From positions 12,352-76,351 of the forward strand of contig JBFMAF010000038.1 of the NCBI GenBank assembly GCA_040755995.1: DNA of 64,000 nucleotides. The letters are read 5' to 3'. The first letter of the stretch is position 1. Every line of letters starts with the position of its first letter. The position numbers and the translations under genes are program-made. The stretch is from Acidobacteriota bacterium. GTDB taxonomy: Bacteria > Acidobacteriota > CAIWXX01. This document shows positions 58,469-64,000 of this stretch, one piece after another. The notes beneath the pieces are model-generated. The model was not told where the DNA came from, did not search any database, and worked only from the letters and a program-made list of their open reading frames with translations.

Positions 58469-59590
58469 ATGACAGACGAATACGCTGATCGAATCGCTTC
58501 GTATCTGCACGGCGAGCTGAGCGAGGCCGAGGCCCGGGAGATGCGCCAGCATATCGCTCAGTGCAAGGAGTGCGAGCAGGAGGCGGCTGATTTCGAGAGA
58601 ATCCTGAAATCGATCGAGGAAGAGCGTGTCCCGGAAAGGCTCAGCCCGCACACGCGCCGGCGTATTCTGTCGAAAGCGTCTCGAGATCTGAAGGTCCGTC
58701 GCATGCCCACGATGCTCCGGTTGTTCTGGCAGCAGCCGGGACTGCTGGCCGCGGCCGCTCTGCTGCTAGTGGGCATTGGATGGATCACGACTCGCGGGCT
58801 GTGGCAGCCATCTGCCCCCGCTCAGATTGCCGAAAAGCCCAAGAGCGTGGCTCCCGAGATGAGCCGCCCGGCTCAGCCACCCAGCGTGGAAACCTCGCAG
58901 TTGGACACAAGCAAGTCCAAGGTCGCTTTGCCGGCGTCCGAAGTCTCGAAGAGCTCGGAGATGGGCGGGCGGAAACTGGACTATGCACCCTCCGACCTCA
59001 AGGACAAGAAGGGAACCGACGCGGAGACCGCTGCTCCAAAGGAAGTCGCAGCACGCGAGCCCTTCTCGCCAGCTCCTCCTCCACCTGCGGAGAGTTCGCA
59101 GAAGCTGGAGGTAGAGGCCGCCGGCGGGAAAGGCGCGCCCGAGGCGGCGGATGAGGTGGTCAACCTCGCAAACCGCGGGCAGAGTGGCGACATGTCATCG
59201 GTCGGGCGCGACGCCATGGTGCGGCAGGAGGAGGCGCGGCAGAGGGCAGCAGCAGTGACCCCGGCCCCGGCATCCAACGCGCCGCAGGGCGAGGTCGAAG
59301 GCAAGGTCCAACAGGTCCCTGGGGCTGCAGCGGGCGAAGAGCAGCAGCGAGCAGCTGAGAAGGACAATGCGCCCGCACAGGCACAGCAAGTCGCCAAGTC
59401 CGTGCCCAGGAAGGTTCAAGACCAGTACGCCAGGCAACTGGATGCGGCGGCGAAGCTGCTGGCGGCGGGGAAGAAGCCGCAGGCCGAGGAGGCCTATCGA
59501 AAGCTGCTGCGGGACTACCCGGAGCGCCGGAACGAGACCCTCGCGTCGATCAGCGACACGACGGTTGCCGAGAGGCTCAAAGCCCAGTGA
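58469..59590 (+). CDS. zinc-finger (ZAS) anti-sigma factor with TM helix
   Basis: YLHGEL...HIAQCKEC, TM helix, low-complexity periplasmic part. Confidence 0.85.
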   Translation: MTDEYADRIASYLHGELSEAEAREMRQHIAQCKECEQEAADFERILKSIEEERVPERLSPHTRRRILSKASRDLKVRRMPTMLRLFWQQPGLLAAAALLLVGIGWITTRGLWQPSAPAQIAEKPKSVAPEMSRPAQPPSVETSQLDTSKSKVALPASEVSKSSEMGGRKLDYAPSDLKDKKGTDAETAAPKEVAAREPFSPAPPPPAESSQKLEVEAAGGKGAPEAADEVVNLANRGQSGDMSSVGRDAMVRQEEARQRAAAVTPAPASNAPQGEVEGKVQQVPGAAAGEEQQRAAEKDNAPAQAQQVAKSVPRKVQDQYARQLDAAAKLLAAGKKPQAEEAYRKLLRDYPERRNETLASISDTTVAERLKAQ

Positions 59591-59759
59591 GCAGGCGCCC
59601 AGTCGGCAAGTGAGCGCGTGGCTCCTGTCGGGACAGCCGCGGGGACGCGGGGACACGATGTTGTGCGCAGGTATGGTCCCACCAGTCTCGCGGCCACCGT
59701 GTCTCTACGCGCCAAGCACAGAGGCTCGGCCTCGCCGTCCGAGAGGAATCGGCGAGGGA

Positions 59760-60443
59760 TCATCCCTGCTTGAATACTTTTGAGAAGATGCGGCTGGGCC
59801 TCAGACCCCCGAGGAACGAACCTGACTTCTTCTCCGGCGTGAGCAGTCGCTCCAGCTCCTCCACCGCAAGCTCGAACTCCTGATCCTGTGCCACGGCCTC
59901 CTGGAAGGCGTCCAGGGCCTTCGGCGTGTCTCCCATGCGCTTGTAGGTCAGGCCAAGGTAGTAGAAGTACTCCGCGTTCTTCGGATCCGCGAGGGTCGCC
60001 GCCTTCAATGCCGACTCGGCTTTCCGGAAATCCCCCTTCTTGAAGCATGCGATCCCCAGGTACGCCCGGGCCTTGTGGCTGGAAGCGTCCGACCGCAGGG
60101 CGTTCTCGAATGCCGCGATCGCTTCGTCCATATTGCCCTGGTTGAAGCTCCTCACACCCTGCTTGAAGAACGTCGTCGTCGTCTTGGACTGCTTCGTGCT
60201 TTCGGCGCGTTGCCCGGCAGCCAACAGTTCGTCGTACTTGCGGCGTCTGTCGTCGTGCGAGAGAGTCGAATACGCCCGGTTGATTTCGATGAATCGCAAA
60301 TGGTATTTCTCGATCGACGTGTCCTCGGGGTTCTTCAGGTCGGGGTGGTTCTTCTTTGCCAGCGTAAGGTAGGCCGTCTTGATCTCGGCGGCAGTGGCAG
60401 TCTGCGAAACCCCAAGCACTTCGTAGTAGCTCTTCTCGGCCAT
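59760..60443 (-). CDS. DnaJ-domain plus TPR protein
   Basis: YYEVLGV...HPD...INRAYSTL, followed by TPRs. Confidence 0.9.
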   Translation of the reverse strand: MAEKSYYEVLGVSQTATAAEIKTAYLTLAKKNHPDLKNPEDTSIEKYHLRFIEINRAYSTLSHDDRRRKYDELLAAGQRAESTKQSKTTTTFFKQGVRSFNQGNMDEAIAAFENALRSDASSHKARAYLGIACFKKGDFRKAESALKAATLADPKNAEYFYYLGLTYKRMGDTPKALDAFQEAVAQDQEFELAVEELERLLTPEKKSGSFLGGLRPSRIFSKVFKQG

Positions 60444-60659
60444 GATCGCCCTCCCACTACTACACACATAGTAGCACAAGTCGTCCCCGCTTGTGACCAG
60501 AATCCCTCTGTTCGATGGCATGTGCCACAGAATCGCTACGTCGCCCGAGGAGACCGGTGGGAGCGCGCGGCGCGCTCTCTGTCGCACCACCATGGGGCCC
60601 GTTTGACACCCCGAACGCCCGTTGCTACTATCATGCCTGTATGCGAGGCGTGACGGATT

Positions 60660-61310
60660 TTGGGCGGTTTTGATATCGGTCGGGCACTGGTTCAGTTTCT
60701 GGTATTCATGTTTGCCATTACCGTCCACGAGTCATCCCACGCCGCCACGGCGAACTACTTCGGTGATCCGACCGCCAAGAGGCTTGGCCGCATCTCGCTG
60801 AACCCGATCCGGCACATCGACCTCTTCGGCACGGTCATCTTCCCGGTGATGCTGGCCCTCTTCGGATGGCCCGTTTTCGGATGGGCCAAGCCAGTGCCGG
60901 TGAACGTCCATAATCTGCGATCACCGAAAGCACACAGCATGTTGGTTTCTGCGGCAGGCCCGGCGAGCAACCTGGCGCTGGCCCTGGCAGCGGCGATTGC
61001 GTTCCAGGGCGTGATGGCGGTCGGAGCCTCCATTCCAGGCCCGCTGTACCAGCCGATTCTGTACCTGATAGTTATGGGAGCTCTCGTGAACGTCTACCTC
61101 GCACTATTCAACATGATACCGATTCATCCGCTGGATGGCAGCGGCGTTCTTGCAGGGCTGCTTCCGGACCACCTCGCAGCCAAGTACATGCAGCTACAAA
61201 CCTACGGCTTCCTCATCCTGTTCGTCATCGTCTATACCGGGCTCATCGACAGGATAATGAGCCCCGTGGCACTCGCAATTCTTTCTCTAATGGGGTTTAC
61301 GTTTCGATGA
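60660..61310 (+). CDS. site-2 protease (M50) family protein
   Basis: HESSH, GDPT, NPIRHID, GWAKPVP, AGPASN, FNMIPIHPLDG. Confidence 0.93.
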   Translation: MGGFDIGRALVQFLVFMFAITVHESSHAATANYFGDPTAKRLGRISLNPIRHIDLFGTVIFPVMLALFGWPVFGWAKPVPVNVHNLRSPKAHSMLVSAAGPASNLALALAAAIAFQGVMAVGASIPGPLYQPILYLIVMGALVNVYLALFNMIPIHPLDGSGVLAGLLPDHLAAKYMQLQTYGFLILFVIVYTGLIDRIMSPVALAILSLMGFTFR

Positions 61311-62296
61311 AACAGCGCGTTCTCAGCGGGATGCAGCCGACAGGGCAGCTGCATCTGGGCAACTATTTCGGCGCCCTCAAGAAGTGGGTCGAGATCCAGG
61401 ACAGCTACGAGTGCTTCTACTGCATCGTCGATTGGCATGCGCTGACGACGGCATACCAGGACTCCAGCGCTGTCGCCGATGCGTGCATGGCCGTCGCCGC
61501 CGACTGGCTCGCGGCAGGGCTCGATCCGGAGAAGTGCGTGATGTTCGTGCAGAGCCACGTGCCGGAGCACGCCGAGCTGCACCTGCTGCTTTCCATGGTG
61601 ACGCCCGTGGCATGGCTCGAACGAGTCCCCACGTACAAAGAGAAGCAGCAGGAGCTCACCGGCAAGGACCTGTCCACCTACGGTTTCCTCGGCTACCCGC
61701 TCCTCCAGACCGCCGACATCATCCTGTACAAGGCGGGGCTCGTGCCCGTAGGCGAAGACCAGGTCCCGCATCTCGAGCTTGCGCGCGAGATCACCCGGCG
61801 CTTCAACAGCAACTTCGGAGAGGTGTTCCCCGAGCCGCAGGCGTTGCTCTCTCCTGTGCCGAAGCTCCGTGGCACCGACGGCAGGAAGATGAGCAAGAGT
61901 TACAACAACTCGATTCTCATGGCAGAGGAGCCTGCCGATCTCGATCGCAAGATCAAGCCGATGATGACCGATCCGAGGCGCAAGCGGCGGACGGATCCGG
62001 GCGAGCCTGATGACTGCCCGGTTTTCGACCTGCATCGAGTCTTCACCGAGGCCGCGAAGCAGGAGGAGGTCGCACATCTGTGCAGAACGGCGGGGTTCGG
62101 TTGCCTCGATTGCAAGGGCATCCTCCTGGAGCGCATGCATCCCATCATGGACCCGATGAAGCAGCGGCGCGACGAGCTGCTCAAGCAGCCCGAGCGCATC
62201 CGCGAGATTCTGCGCGACGGCGCCGCGCGGGCGCGCAAGGTGGCTGAGGAGACGATGGAACAGGTGCGCGCGGCAATCGGGCTGCTCAGAGCCTGA
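61307..62296 (+). CDS. trpS: tryptophan--tRNA ligase
   Basis: SGMQPTGQLHLGN, PVGEDQ, KMSKS. Confidence 0.98.
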   Translation: MKQRVLSGMQPTGQLHLGNYFGALKKWVEIQDSYECFYCIVDWHALTTAYQDSSAVADACMAVAADWLAAGLDPEKCVMFVQSHVPEHAELHLLLSMVTPVAWLERVPTYKEKQQELTGKDLSTYGFLGYPLLQTADIILYKAGLVPVGEDQVPHLELAREITRRFNSNFGEVFPEPQALLSPVPKLRGTDGRKMSKSYNNSILMAEEPADLDRKIKPMMTDPRRKRRTDPGEPDDCPVFDLHRVFTEAAKQEEVAHLCRTAGFGCLDCKGILLERMHPIMDPMKQRRDELLKQPERIREILRDGAARARKVAEETMEQVRAAIGLLRA

Positions 62297-62299
62297 GCG

Positions 62300-63025
62300 A
62301 TGCTCCGCGAGAGTCACCCCTGCCTCATCCAGCTGGAGGTGTTCGAGGGCCCCATGGACCTGCTGCTCCACCTGATCCGCAAAGAGGAGATCGACATCTA
62401 CGATATTCCGATCGCCCGGATCACGGGTCAGTACCTCGATTACCTGGCGAATCTCCGCAACCTGAATCTGGAGATTGAAGGCGAGTTCCTCTTCATGGCC
62501 GCGACCTTGATCCACATCAAGAGCAGGATGTTGCTGCCTCGCGCGCCGAAGGACGAGGCGGAGGTGGAGGACCCGCGGGAGGAGCTTGTCAGGAAGCTCA
62601 TCGAGTACCAGCGGTTCAAGGCGGTGGGACAGTTCTTGGCCGAGCGTGCGCAGCTCCGCCAGGCCAGCTGGCCTCGCGGCCAGATCGGCTGGGACTTCAT
62701 AGGAGACATGCCGCCCGAGCCTGTCGAGATGTCTATCTACCAGCTCGCCACCGCGTTCTTCGAGGTCCTGAAGTCGGAGAGAGCGCCGTCGGTCGAGATG
62801 CAGCAGGTGCTGTTCACGGTGGAGGAGAAGCTTGCCCAGCTGCGCGTGCTGCTGATGGAGCACGGGTCGCTCGATTTCACGGACTACTTCCTCGGGCTCA
62901 GTCACAGGCAGGAGCAGATCGTGGCGTTTCTGGCGCTGCTCGAGCTGACGCGCCAGGCGTTTCTGCGAATCTACCAGCACGGGCTCTTCGGGCGGATCCG
63001 CATCGTGAGAGTCGAGACGGAGTAG
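62300..63025 (+). CDS. scpA: segregation and condensation protein A
   Basis: FEGPMDLLLHLI, IKSRMLLP, FLALLEL. Confidence 0.96.
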   Translation: MLRESHPCLIQLEVFEGPMDLLLHLIRKEEIDIYDIPIARITGQYLDYLANLRNLNLEIEGEFLFMAATLIHIKSRMLLPRAPKDEAEVEDPREELVRKLIEYQRFKAVGQFLAERAQLRQASWPRGQIGWDFIGDMPPEPVEMSIYQLATAFFEVLKSERAPSVEMQQVLFTVEEKLAQLRVLLMEHGSLDFTDYFLGLSHRQEQIVAFLALLELTRQAFLRIYQHGLFGRIRIVRVETE

Positions 63026-63029
63026 CCTG

Positions 63030-63761
63030 ATGTCGACGCAAGAGATCAAGCCTCTAATCGAGGCGCTGATCTACGTGACCAGCGAACCTCTGAGCCTGCG
63101 CGATCTACAGAAAGTTCTGGATGAGTTTCCGCCGGAAGAGGTGGCGGCGGCGCTGGAGGAGCTGCGGAGCGAGTACGAGAACGGCAACCGCGGCCTGACC
63201 GTCGGACAGGTGGCCGGCGGCTTCCAGTTGATGACCGCACCAGCGACCGATCCCTGGATCCGCAAGATGCTCCGATCCAAGACGCAGGACCGGCTGTCGC
63301 GGGCCGCCCTGGAGACGCTGGCGATCATCGCATACAAGCAGCCGGTCACCCTTCCCGAGATCCTCGACCTGCGCAGAGTCAACTCGACCGGCGTCATCAA
63401 GACGCTTCTCGACAAGAACCTCATCCGCATCGTCGGACGCAAGAAGGTCGTGGGCAACCCGATTCTGTACGGCACGACCAAGGACTTCCTGCAGCGATTC
63501 GGGCTGAACGACCTGGAGGAGCTGCCGAGTCTCGAGGAATTCCAGACGCTACTTGAGGGTGTGGAGGAGGCGCAGGGCGGCCCGGAGGTCTTCGAGAGCG
63601 AGCCGGCTGGCAGGCCCGCGAGGCCTCCTGGCGACGGCACTGAGAGATCCGAGACTGGCGAGGAGGCAGTTGAGAGCGAGCCATCCGGGAGGTCACTGGA
63701 GCCGCCCCGGGAGGAGATCGAGGACCCCGTGGAGGCTGACGAGGAGGTCGAGGTCGGGTAG
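63030..63761 (+). CDS. scpB: segregation and condensation protein B
   Basis: LSRAALETLAIIAYKQPVT, GNPILYGTT..FL..FGL. Confidence 0.97.
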   Translation: MSTQEIKPLIEALIYVTSEPLSLRDLQKVLDEFPPEEVAAALEELRSEYENGNRGLTVGQVAGGFQLMTAPATDPWIRKMLRSKTQDRLSRAALETLAIIAYKQPVTLPEILDLRRVNSTGVIKTLLDKNLIRIVGRKKVVGNPILYGTTKDFLQRFGLNDLEELPSLEEFQTLLEGVEEAQGGPEVFESEPAGRPARPPGDGTERSETGEEAVESEPSGRSLEPPREEIEDPVEADEEVEVG

Positions 63762-64000
63762 GCGGCTTGAGGCGAGAGAGATGTTGCGATCGAGCCATGG
63801 TGTTGGCGCGGCGCGTCATTGGCCTGAAACCGTACGGGTACCGGCATCGGGCTTGGGCGCCGAGGCCCCGCCTCGCTAGGCGCGTTAGCGCCTAGTTTTG
63901 GACAACATGTTGTCGATACTGGGTGGTAGTTGGAGATCACGTCAGGGCCATGGTGGCGAAGGTTTCACGGAGTTCGTTGCGGAGGTTGAGATAGTGCAAG

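Noticed and set aside
61232..63049. Long antisense ORFs (e.g. 605 aa here, 533 aa at 23975, 476 aa at 14332, 400 aa at 8799)
   Set aside because: Shadow frames of well-supported genes, expected in high-GC DNA. No recognisable motifs.

Overview
GC-rich bacterial chromosomal window. The gene content (OmpA, Hanks-type kinases with beta-propellers, DUF6600, anaerobic Fe-S operon, AdhE) suggests an anaerobic Acidobacteriota-like or candidate-phylum organism; this is inference. Layout: secreted proteins (1-2.4 kb); a split, sigma54-type NifX/DUF5320/COG1149 'orange-protein-like' cluster with sulfur-metabolism genes between its halves (3-12.1 kb); an orphan biosynthetic/export locus (12.2-28.3 kb: unknown protein, Asp/Glu racemase, stand-alone ACP-aminotransferase, SyrD-like cyclic-peptide ABC exporter, SPFH protein, two inverted DUF697 paralogs, a 58-aa membrane protein, a LivJ-like binding protein and an RND pump), whose distal 9.7 kb is bounded by a 44-bp inverted repeat; a decayed AAA-ATPase/DUF4276 pair between 33-bp direct repeats; a frameshifted OmpA; a B12 radical SAM plus TPR pair; a Ser/Thr kinase with relics of tandem paralogs; adhE; a coiled-coil nuclease with a 21-bp tandem repeat; an eroded integron-like cassette array (48.8-51.5 kb); minor pilins; tRNA-Gly(CCC); and a housekeeping block ending in trpS-scpA-scpB. 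All family calls come from reading motifs by eye; no database searches were run.
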